From: Campylobacterota bacterium | Lineage (GTDB): Bacteria; Campylobacterota; Campylobacteria; Campylobacterales; Sulfurovaceae | Direction: 5' to 3' | Assembly (NCBI GenBank): GCA_034722955.1 | Contig: JAYEOM010000123.1 | Location: 1 to 31,459, forward strand | DNA length: 31,459 nucleotides | Shown: piece after piece, positions 7,340 to 14,817 of the stretch | How positions within the stretch are numbered: the first letter of the stretch is position 1 | Layout of the letters: every line of letters starts with the position of its first letter | The notes under the pieces: generated by a model | What the model saw: only the letters and a program-made list of their open reading frames with translations | Databases searched by the model: none | Told to the model about the DNA's origin: nothing | Program-made: the position numbers and the translations under genes

Positions 7340-8797
7340 CTATCTCTTTATCAAGTCAGAACGAGGATAGACAAAAACTGTTTTTCTATCTACTACGATC
7401 TTCTCTTTATCATCTATAGCATAAGCTCTGATAGTTACTGGGATCGGTACATCTTTTCGTGCATCGTCTGCTAATTGTGCATCTGTTTCAAAAATAACAA
7501 CTTTTTTCTTTTTCTTCCCTGCTCCGATCTTGAATGCATCTTTTGGTCTCACGATCTTAATTTTGTCATTACCAATAATCTCAAAGAAGTAAGTATGAGC
7601 TTTGCTATCTGTATTGGTAAAGAGGAATAGATATGAGTTCTGCACTACACCTTGATCTAGTATCTTATAGAGTCGTGTTGTTTTGTTGACATTCAAGAGC
7701 ATATGCTCTTTTGTGCTTCCCATCGCAAAGAGAGCGATCAGAACTATTATGAGGACAGCTGCATAAGCGAGTACTTTACCTCTGAGGAAATTTGTCTTTC
7801 CCTCATGTCTCAACGCCTCTTTTTCACTCGACCATCTTACTAGGCTAGGTTTACCAAGTGCACCCATAACATTTGTACATGCATCCACACACTCCAAGCA
7901 GTTGATACACTCTAGCTGCATCCCTTTTCGGATATCGATATTTGTCGGGCAGACAGTCACACAGCTCTCACATGTAGTACACTCAGCTGTAGGGTCGGCT
8001 GCTAGCAGATCTTTGGTTTTGCTAAATGCTTTTTCTCTATCATATCCATGCCCCTGATATATATCTCCACCACGGATCGGATCATATATCGCCATCACAG
8101 TATCATCATCATAAAGTACAGACTGTACACGACTATAAGGACAGATATAGATACAGAAATCCTCTTTTATGAAAACAACATCTATGACGATAAATGCTGC
8201 TGTTCCAAGAAGTATACCAACAAGCATCATATGCTCACTAGGATCCTGAATATACTGAAAGAAATCTTCAGGTGGTACAAAGAACCAGAGGAAATCAGCT
8301 GCTGCTATCAATGAGAGAACAGCCCATAGTAAAATCGCGACCACTTTTTTGATCTGATTTTCAGGCTTACTCATATCTGGTTCTTTCTGCTTGTTCTTGA
8401 TACTCTTTCGTAACCCAAGCAGTTTTGTCTCAATACCATCTCTATAGATCACACGAAATATCGTCTGAGGGCAAGCCCATCCACACCAAGCTCGACCACC
8501 CACTGCAGTGACGGCAAATATCCCCAAAAAGAGAAGCATCAGCAAAAATGGCATCAAATAGAGCTCTTGCATATCAAATGCAACACCGGCTAGGTGTAGT
8601 TTTTTATGGTCAAAACTCAATAAAAAGAGGTGATTGCCTCCGATAGTAATCCAAGGCATCACCAATGCAATGATAGTTGCTAAGACATAAGCCCAATATC
8701 TCTTGATACGATAAGATACCCACCCCTTGAGGTACTCTTTTTTCATGTTTTTCTTTGGCTTCTCTTCTACACTGTTGTCTGTTGCTGCTGCATCCAT
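7340..8797 (-). CDS. ccoG: cbb3-type cytochrome c oxidase accessory polyferredoxin CcoG/FixG
   Basis: GRAWCGWACPQT, FCIYICPYSRVQ, CTTCESCVTVCP, CINCLECVDAC and a FixG-type C-terminal domain. Confidence 0.93.
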   Translation of the reverse strand: MDAAATDNSVEEKPKKNMKKEYLKGWVSYRIKRYWAYVLATIIALVMPWITIGGNHLFLLSFDHKKLHLAGVAFDMQELYLMPFLLMLLFLGIFAVTAVGGRAWCGWACPQTIFRVIYRDGIETKLLGLRKSIKNKQKEPDMSKPENQIKKVVAILLWAVLSLIAAADFLWFFVPPEDFFQYIQDPSEHMMLVGILLGTAAFIVIDVVFIKEDFCIYICPYSRVQSVLYDDDTVMAIYDPIRGGDIYQGHGYDREKAFSKTKDLLAADPTAECTTCESCVTVCPTNIDIRKGMQLECINCLECVDACTNVMGALGKPSLVRWSSEKEALRHEGKTNFLRGKVLAYAAVLIIVLIALFAMGSTKEHMLLNVNKTTRLYKILDQGVVQNSYLFLFTNTDSKAHTYFFEIIGNDKIKIVRPKDAFKIGAGKKKKKVVIFETDAQLADDARKDVPIPVTIRAYAIDDKEKIVVDRKTVFVYPRSDLIKR

Positions 8798-8798
8798 G

Positions 8799-9464
8799 CT
8801 ATTCTCCTTTTTTATGGTTTTTTTCTTGTTCGAAAGGGCAGATCAATATCTTGCCATCATCATTTGATTGGATTGATGGAGATATCTCTACCCAAGAGCC
8901 ATCTATCATATCTCTGATTCCTCTTGATTCGATATAGTCTTTGAGAGAGCTTCTACTGATATTTAGTTCCCGCGATATAGCACTTACATTCATCCCATCT
9001 TTGAGATGAGCAATAATCTGTGCCTGATATTTATCAAATTTTGAACTTGATCTACTCCCTTTTGGGCGACCGATCTGATTTTGTCTGCTTCGCTGCTCTT
9101 CTCTAAGTGTATTGAGCAGAGGAAAGATTTCACTAGCAAGGCTTCTCCTATTGATAACCGTTCCGGATGAAGCACTATAGAGTGTGATACCTCTGCCGAG
9201 CATACAGTTGATGATCTTGACAATCTCATCTACCTTTTCACTAAACATCCAAATCTCATCAACTATTATGCTATCACCATCTTTTAATCCATGTACAAAC
9301 CTTTCAAACTGCTCTCGCTCTTCAATAGGACGATTTTTATTTGAGTATTCAAAAACCTCTTTATCTATATTCAAACCCTCACCCAATGAAAAAGAGAGAA
9401 TTACACTCTGCTGATGAGTAATATTTCGCTTGCCTGACAACTGCCGCAAGTATGCATAAGTCAT
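8799..9464 (-). CDS. Serine recombinase (resolvase/invertase)-fold protein with C-terminal HTH; catalytic residues absent
   Basis: MTYAYLR start, LKDGDSIIV, GRPKGS arm and HTH MNVSAISRELNISRSSL; RVS replaced by RQL and (D/S)RLGR by WMFSE. Confidence 0.8.
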   Translation of the reverse strand: MTYAYLRQLSGKRNITHQQSVILSFSLGEGLNIDKEVFEYSNKNRPIEEREQFERFVHGLKDGDSIIVDEIWMFSEKVDEIVKIINCMLGRGITLYSASSGTVINRRSLASEIFPLLNTLREEQRSRQNQIGRPKGSRSSSKFDKYQAQIIAHLKDGMNVSAISRELNISRSSLKDYIESRGIRDMIDGSWVEISPSIQSNDDGKILICPFEQEKNHKKGE

Positions 9465-9487
9465 ATCTCTCCTTTATCATTTTTATA

Positions 9488-9517
9488 ATCTTAGCTAATT
9501 ATGATGAATAAAGTCAA
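9488..9517 (-). promoter_or_regulatory. Putative sigma70 promoter of the resolvase-like gene: TTGACT-N18-TAAGAT
   Basis: -35 at 9517-9512, -10 at 9493-9488, AAGGAG SD before ATG 9464. Confidence 0.5.
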
Positions 9518-9535
9518 GGATATTCTAAATATTAT

Positions 9536-9587
9536 CGTCAATTTTTATATTTCTGCGTCAATTATTTACAAAAGTCGTCAATTTTTA
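9536..9587. promoter_or_regulatory. Three direct repeats CGTCAATT(T/A)TT(A/T) with exact 20-bp period
   Basis: Copies begin at 9536, 9556 and 9576, between divergent promoters; the moaC extended -10 TGTTAAAAT follows at 9588-9596. Confidence 0.75.
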
Positions 9588-9632
9588 TGTTAAAATACAC
9601 TATATTTCAATATTAAATCCAAGGACAGATGT

Positions 9633-10103
9633 GTGAATTTAACCCATTTAGATGAAGAGAACAAACCCAAAATGGTAGATGTCTCTGACAAAGAGCATAC
9701 TACCCGTATCGCTGTAGCCAGCGGTCTCATAGAGGTAACACAAGAGGCATTTGATGCAGTAGTCGAAAACTCAGCAAAAAAAGGTCCCGTACTTCAAACA
9801 GCAGTTATAGCAGCGATACAGGGAGCCAAACAGACCAGTACCCTGATACCTATGTGCCATCCTCTTATGTTGACTTCAGTGAAGACAGATATAGAAGAGC
9901 TACCTCAACTGCCAGGCTTCAAGCTTACAGTGAGAGCCAAACTAACTGGACAGACAGGTGTAGAGATGGAAGCTCTCACTGGTGTCAGTGTCGGACTACT
10001 GACGATCTACGATATGCTCAAAGCCATAGATAAAGGTATGGTGATTAAAAATATACAACTTGAGAGAAAAAGCGGAGGTAAAAGCGGTGATTTTAGACGA
10101 TAA
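9633..10103 (+). CDS. moaC: Cyclic pyranopterin monophosphate synthase
   Basis: [50 protein letters not shown] start. Confidence 0.97.
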   Translation: MNLTHLDEENKPKMVDVSDKEHTTRIAVASGLIEVTQEAFDAVVENSAKKGPVLQTAVIAAIQGAKQTSTLIPMCHPLMLTSVKTDIEELPQLPGFKLTVRAKLTGQTGVEMEALTGVSVGLLTIYDMLKAIDKGMVIKNIQLERKSGGKSGDFRR

Positions 10104-10356
10104 AACTCAAGATAAGCCTGAGATATTCTACCCCACCCAATGGGGATTTAAACTGATAGGCAGAGATGCTGATGCACTCAAAGCCTGCATCAAAGAGGTC
10201 ATGGGAGACAAAGAGCATCTATGCTCATCTGGCAACCGATCAAAAGGCGGAAAATTTCACAGCTACAACGCCAGCTGTGAAGTAGATAGTCAAGAGGAGC
10301 GAGATCGTATCTTCAAGAGCTTTCAAGATCATGATGATGTCAAGATGGTGATTTAG
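10087..10356 (+). CDS. DUF493 (YbeD/HP0495-like) protein
   Basis: KPEIFYP..WGFKLIG, SKGGKF.SYN, VKMVI; GTG 10087 with GGAGG SD, overlapping the moaC end. Confidence 0.85.
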   Translation: MILDDKTQDKPEIFYPTQWGFKLIGRDADALKACIKEVMGDKEHLCSSGNRSKGGKFHSYNASCEVDSQEERDRIFKSFQDHDDVKMVI

Positions 10357-11533
10357 TATGATCCAAATCAAAAAACTTATCAGCAGCATAGTAGAACATA
10401 AAAGCCAAGCCGATAGCACCTATAGAGATCATCCACTCTACTGATGTTGGCGTATACTCAGTCAGCCCTGGGGCGGCGGAGTATTCACGGGTTTTCAGTG
10501 CGAGCATGGGTGCTAGCTGTGTATCATCTACCAAGTCATAACGCATCCAAAATATACCAACCATACCGGAGATAGAGGCATAGACCATTAGCTTGATCGC
10601 TCGTCCCTTGCTCACAACTATGATCACAAAAGGGATCAGCATCCCCAAAAGCACCTCCCCTACCAAGAATCTTTTGGAGGTGATCATATGCAGAGCTATA
10701 TCACCTCTCTCAGGCATTTCACCATATATAGCAGTAAGAGCACGCCAAATCTCAAAAAAGATCAAAATCGCCAGCAACAATCCCAACACCTGTGCTAGAG
10801 TCACCATAAACTTTTTTACCTCCGGAGGGAAGTCCATCTTGTATCGCCATCCATAGATCAAAAAGAGGAGATAAGAGCCGGTCACCATCGCAGAGAGGAT
10901 AAAATAGAGTGGGAAGAAAACCCCATTTGCGATAGGACGAGCAACCAAAAAGCCAAATACAGCTCCCAGATTGGAGTGAGCTGCAAGACCAATAACCAGA
11001 CCAGCAAGCCCGAAGATCTTGGAGTATTTGTGATTATCATTGTTGAGAAAGATAAACTCCAAAATGATAAAAAAGAGGTAGAGTCCATAGAGTGTCCCCA
11101 TCCACCATATAGCAGAACTCAATCCTGGTGTCAATACATTATAGATCACCATACGCACAGGGTGTCCGATCTCGAAAGCGATCACAGCAAAACCTGTCAA
11201 TATCGTAATGATAGCACCGATGATCGCCCGTTTTCCTATGATCTGGAATGACTTAATATTGAAGACATGTCCTAGTGATGACATGATGCACAATCCTGTA
11301 CTAGATACGACAAAGAAGACATACATCGCGATCAGAAGCCCCCAAGCATGCTGCCTAGTGACACCATAAGCATGATGTCCCTGAACTAGATAGGCACCAA
11401 TACCCCAAAACATCATTGTCACCAATCCTATCGTCAACCAAAACATAAAGATATTCAATGGTGTAAACTCAAAACTAAAAAAGGATTTCAGCGTCTGTCT
11501 ATTGTAAGGTAAAAATTTTTCTATATTCATCAC
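10340..11533 (-). CDS. psrC: NrfD/PsrC-family membrane anchor (about 10 TM helices)
   Basis: WGLLIAMYVFF, EIGHP.R, SSAIWWM, WMRYD and Y.PT..EW motifs; follows the Fe-S subunit gene. Confidence 0.8.
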   Translation of the reverse strand: MMNIEKFLPYNRQTLKSFFSFEFTPLNIFMFWLTIGLVTMMFWGIGAYLVQGHHAYGVTRQHAWGLLIAMYVFFVVSSTGLCIMSSLGHVFNIKSFQIIGKRAIIGAIITILTGFAVIAFEIGHPVRMVIYNVLTPGLSSAIWWMGTLYGLYLFFIILEFIFLNNDNHKYSKIFGLAGLVIGLAAHSNLGAVFGFLVARPIANGVFFPLYFILSAMVTGSYLLFLIYGWRYKMDFPPEVKKFMVTLAQVLGLLLAILIFFEIWRALTAIYGEMPERGDIALHMITSKRFLVGEVLLGMLIPFVIIVVSKGRAIKLMVYASISGMVGIFWMRYDLVDDTQLAPMLALKTREYSAAPGLTEYTPTSVEWMISIGAIGLAFMFYYAADKFFDLDHTKSPS

Positions 11534-11540
11534 ATCTTCC

Positions 11541-12104
11541 TTATGTCAAATAAAAGAGTTTTGGTTTGGTACCAAGATGCTCTTTAAGTTTATAATACTC
11601 TCTATCTCTAAGCACCTTGGATATTGCACTATCAGGATCATCCAAGTCCCCAAAGATACGAACTTTTGTAGGACAAGTTGCTTGACAGGCTGTCGTCATC
11701 TCACCATGTATCAGACGGGTATCAGAGCAGAAGTTGCACTTATCCACTGTTGTTGTCCTATCATCGATATAGCGTGCATCATAAGGGCAAGCCTGCATAC
11801 AGTAGGTACATAGTATACACTGATCGGGATTGACACGAACTACGCCGTTCTCATCATAAAAGGTTGCATTGGTTGGACAGACGGCTTGACATGGTGCATT
11901 ATCACACTGTTGACACTGGCTAGGCTGAAAACTGCTAGAGCCTATGCTGAGATTTGGAAATACTCCCTCTATCTCATTGACTCCTACCCAGATACGATGC
12001 TGATCAGCCCCAAGCAAAATACCATTCTCCTCTTTGCAGGCACTCTCACAAGCTTTGCAGTTGATGCAGCTCTTATAATCCAGTGCCATTCCATAACGAG
12101 CCAT
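11541..12104 (-). CDS. psrB: Four-cluster Fe-S electron-transfer subunit (PsrB/NrfC family)
   Basis: CINCKACESAC, CQQCDNAPCQAVCP, CILCTYCMQACP, KCNFC..ACQATCP. Confidence 0.88.
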   Translation of the reverse strand: MARYGMALDYKSCINCKACESACKEENGILLGADQHRIWVGVNEIEGVFPNLSIGSSSFQPSQCQQCDNAPCQAVCPTNATFYDENGVVRVNPDQCILCTYCMQACPYDARYIDDRTTTVDKCNFCSDTRLIHGEMTTACQATCPTKVRIFGDLDDPDSAISKVLRDREYYKLKEHLGTKPKLFYLT

Positions 12105-14548
12105 TACACCCTCCTTATATCAACGATAGTTTCATGCATTGCTGCTGAACCAAAGGATTTTTCATATCTATCTTCAATGATGAGATTATCATTTGCACCA
12201 CGATGATGCGCCAAGGTAAGCTCACTCGACTCTGCACCAAATCCATGAATAAAAAAGAGTACATTGACTCCGATCTTCTCTGTAGGGTATGCCATTATCT
12301 CTATAGTACCTATACTACTCTTTACCTCCACCATATCTCCAAGTTTTATCCCTCTCTCATCAGCAACACGCTTGTTGATCCAGAGATGATTGTCATCTAG
12401 CAGATCTAAAAGCAGAGCATTGTTAGAGGTGCTGCTTTGGGTAAACTGCCCATGCCTTCCGGTGATAAATTTGAATTTTCCTTTGGGAGTGGGACGGTAG
12501 AGCTCATCATACCAAGTAGGCATCGCATCTACTCCTCTCTTCTTCTCCAAGTTGTAGAGTGCACAAGCGATCTTTTTTGTCGCAGTTCTAAAATCTTTTT
12601 TGAGAACGGCTATCTCATCAGTATCGACACAGGTATCATGATACGGCTCATTGATCAAATCTCCGGTGATCACAGAGTAACTCTTCTTGTGTTCAGGATA
12701 ATATTGATACTCATTGAGTGATTTTTGTTTGAAAAATTTATCCATATCGGGATAGAAGACACCTCTATCACGCAGTATTTTCCAAGCCTCTTCACCATAG
12801 ACGCTCGCTACCATATGGTGGTTGATCGTCTCTTGAGAGTGGCGATAGCCATCAGCAAGATCATAGCCCTCCTCTCCATAGATAGCTTTTTCGCCACGCT
12901 CTTCGATCTCCTCTTGCAGTGATTTGTCATATCTCTTGGAGATTTCAAAAAGAGGCTTGGATAGTTTTTCACCCAATCCACGCATGATCTCGATGACAGG
13001 CTTCGTATCATGTTTGGCATCTACTACCTTTTTCCGAAGTGCTATAGAGGGTTCTGCTCCTCCAAATGTCTTGACAGGGTCTTCCCTTTCAAGATAAACA
13101 GACTCTGGCAACACTACATCTGCCATCATAACCGTATCGCTAGGCATTGTATCGATCACAACAACCAAATCCATCTTTTCAAGCATCTTTTTTGTTTTTA
13201 GCGTATTGGGGACAGATAACATCGGATTTTGTTTGTAGACAAAAAATGCTCGCACTGGATATGGTGCAGTACCATCTATGACCGTGTTTCGCCACGCTAT
13301 CCAAGAGCCGCTTGAGCCTATAACTGCTGCTTTACCCTTCTCTATACGCTCTTTTGCATTTTCATAGCTTGGAGAGGATATGGTGTGTTCACCTAGAGGA
13401 AGCTTTTTGCCAAAGATGATGCCACCCTTCTTGTCAATACCTCCTCCCATAGCACTAAAGATCGCTTGCGCTCGTCTCAGCTGATAATCCTGCTGACTCC
13501 ATGCTGTACGGCGACCCTGATAATAGATAGCTCTAGGGGCATGTGCCATAAAGTCTCGTGAAATCTTACGAATCTCCTCTGCCTTGATCCCTGTGATAGT
13601 CTCTGCCCACTCTGGAGTATATTTATGATCAATGATATGTTTTTTATAGACTTCAAAATCACTCATATTCTCTCGGGCAAAGCGTTTGTTGTAACGCTCC
13701 TCTGTCAAAGCAACATGGGTCAATGCCAAAACAAAAGCGAGATCTGTGCCCACCTCTATAGAGTGCCAAGTATCTGCATGAGCGGCTGTGTTGGTAAAGC
13801 GTGGGTCTATAACGACAAGCTTTGCTCCTCTACCTTTGGTTCGCTTGAATAGATCCATCGTATCTGGTGTCACGATCGCTTCGGCACGATTGGCACCTGC
13901 CATGATGACATACTCTGCATTTTCCAAATCTGCCTGTCCATATCCTCCTAATGTGAGTGTATACCCGGCTATTGTAGTTGAAAGGCAGATACTGCTATGG
14001 TTGACATAGTTGGATGAACCTATCTTATCTTTCATAAATGAGGTATAGGTATGCTCTGCCATCCCCTCTCCGGCACAATACCCAATAGTAGAGCGGTTAT
14101 CCCTCTCCTCATCGATGATTTTGACCATCTTATCTTTGATATGCTCATACGCTTCATCCCAGGTCACCCGCTTGAACTTTCCTTCGCCCCGTTTGTCTAC
14201 ACGGATGAGAGGATACTTCAGACGATCAGGATCATCAAGTGCCTGTATACCTGCATTACCACGGGCACAGAGCATATTTCTAGATTTTGGAAACATAGGA
14301 TTTGGATTAAGTTTCGTCAAAACACCATCTTCTACACGTGCTATAGCTGCACATTTGTTGACACACATTTCACATAGAGTAGGAGTCTCTTGGAGCTTCT
14401 CACTCATCTTGGTTTTCGTCAAGCCGTAACCGGCAATTTCACTCTTGTTTTTCCTCTCTATTGAGAGGGAGGCAGCGGTAGAGACACCTACTACTGTCAA
14501 TACAGCAGTACCTTGAAGAAACCGCCGTCTCGATATTTCCGTTTGCAT
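12104..14548 (-). CDS. psrA: Tat-exported molybdopterin oxidoreductase, polysulfide/thiosulfate reductase (PsrA/PhsA)-like
   Basis: SRRRFLQ Tat motif; CEMCVNKC..LCARG Fe-S site; DPDRLKYPL; HSSIC putative Mo-ligand Cys; ADVVLPESVYLER; substrate not provable from sequence. Confidence 0.8.
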   Translation of the reverse strand: MQTEISRRRFLQGTAVLTVVGVSTAASLSIERKNKSEIAGYGLTKTKMSEKLQETPTLCEMCVNKCAAIARVEDGVLTKLNPNPMFPKSRNMLCARGNAGIQALDDPDRLKYPLIRVDKRGEGKFKRVTWDEAYEHIKDKMVKIIDEERDNRSTIGYCAGEGMAEHTYTSFMKDKIGSSNYVNHSSICLSTTIAGYTLTLGGYGQADLENAEYVIMAGANRAEAIVTPDTMDLFKRTKGRGAKLVVIDPRFTNTAAHADTWHSIEVGTDLAFVLALTHVALTEERYNKRFARENMSDFEVYKKHIIDHKYTPEWAETITGIKAEEIRKISRDFMAHAPRAIYYQGRRTAWSQQDYQLRRAQAIFSAMGGGIDKKGGIIFGKKLPLGEHTISSPSYENAKERIEKGKAAVIGSSGSWIAWRNTVIDGTAPYPVRAFFVYKQNPMLSVPNTLKTKKMLEKMDLVVVIDTMPSDTVMMADVVLPESVYLEREDPVKTFGGAEPSIALRKKVVDAKHDTKPVIEIMRGLGEKLSKPLFEISKRYDKSLQEEIEERGEKAIYGEEGYDLADGYRHSQETINHHMVASVYGEEAWKILRDRGVFYPDMDKFFKQKSLNEYQYYPEHKKSYSVITGDLINEPYHDTCVDTDEIAVLKKDFRTATKKIACALYNLEKKRGVDAMPTWYDELYRPTPKGKFKFITGRHGQFTQSSTSNNALLLDLLDDNHLWINKRVADERGIKLGDMVEVKSSIGTIEIMAYPTEKIGVNVLFFIHGFGAESSELTLAHHRGANDNLIIEDRYEKSFGSAAMHETIVDIRRV

Positions 14549-14572
14549 AGATACTCTTTGATTGTTAGGATA

Positions 14573-14625
14573 AGGCTACCCAAGGAGACAAACACCCAAA
14601 TAGGTGTTATTTCTTGGGGTAGCCT
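14573..14625. repeat. 53-bp GC-rich palindromic (REP-like) element in the predicted psrA leader
   Basis: AGGCTACC..CAAG..AACACC / GGTGTT..CTTG..GGTAGCCT; partial second copy at 24-56. Confidence 0.75.
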
Positions 14626-14631
14626 AAGTAT

Positions 14632-14637
14632 ATTATA
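14632..14637 (-). promoter_or_regulatory. -10 TATAAT of psrABC
   Basis: Perfect TATAAT on the minus strand about 85 nt upstream of the psrA ATG. Confidence 0.55.
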
Positions 14638-14749
14638 CATCAATACTATTTAAACCCGAAATAGTTTGACCCTATATTTAAGAGTACTCTATTTTAACAA
14701 AATGATCTATATTTTAATCACGCCTCAACTCTAGAGACTGTGAAAGAGT

Positions 14750-14809
14750 TAGGGGCAGGGACTTTGGTCCCTGTAAAAACAGCTGACTTATGGGATTCGT
14801 GGACTAAAG
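14750..14809. repeat. Degenerate REP/REPIN-like hairpin
   Basis: CAGGGAC-TTTG-GTCCCTG (14756-14773) plus a partial inverted copy GTGGACTAAAG (14799-14809). Confidence 0.45.
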
Positions 14810-14817
14810 AGGTTCTT

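Noticed and set aside
8799..9464. Active transposon or integrative element marked by a resolvase
   Set aside because: No transposase, terminal repeats or evident composition shift; catalytic residues are missing; flanks are housekeeping genes
9536..9587. Mini CRISPR array or invertible promoter switch
   Set aside because: Repeats are 12 bp with 8-bp gaps, no cas genes are present, and they are direct rather than inverted
14573..14625. Moco riboswitch upstream of a molybdoenzyme
   Set aside because: It is one simple hairpin without the multi-stem layout, and a partial copy occurs at an unrelated locus (24-56)
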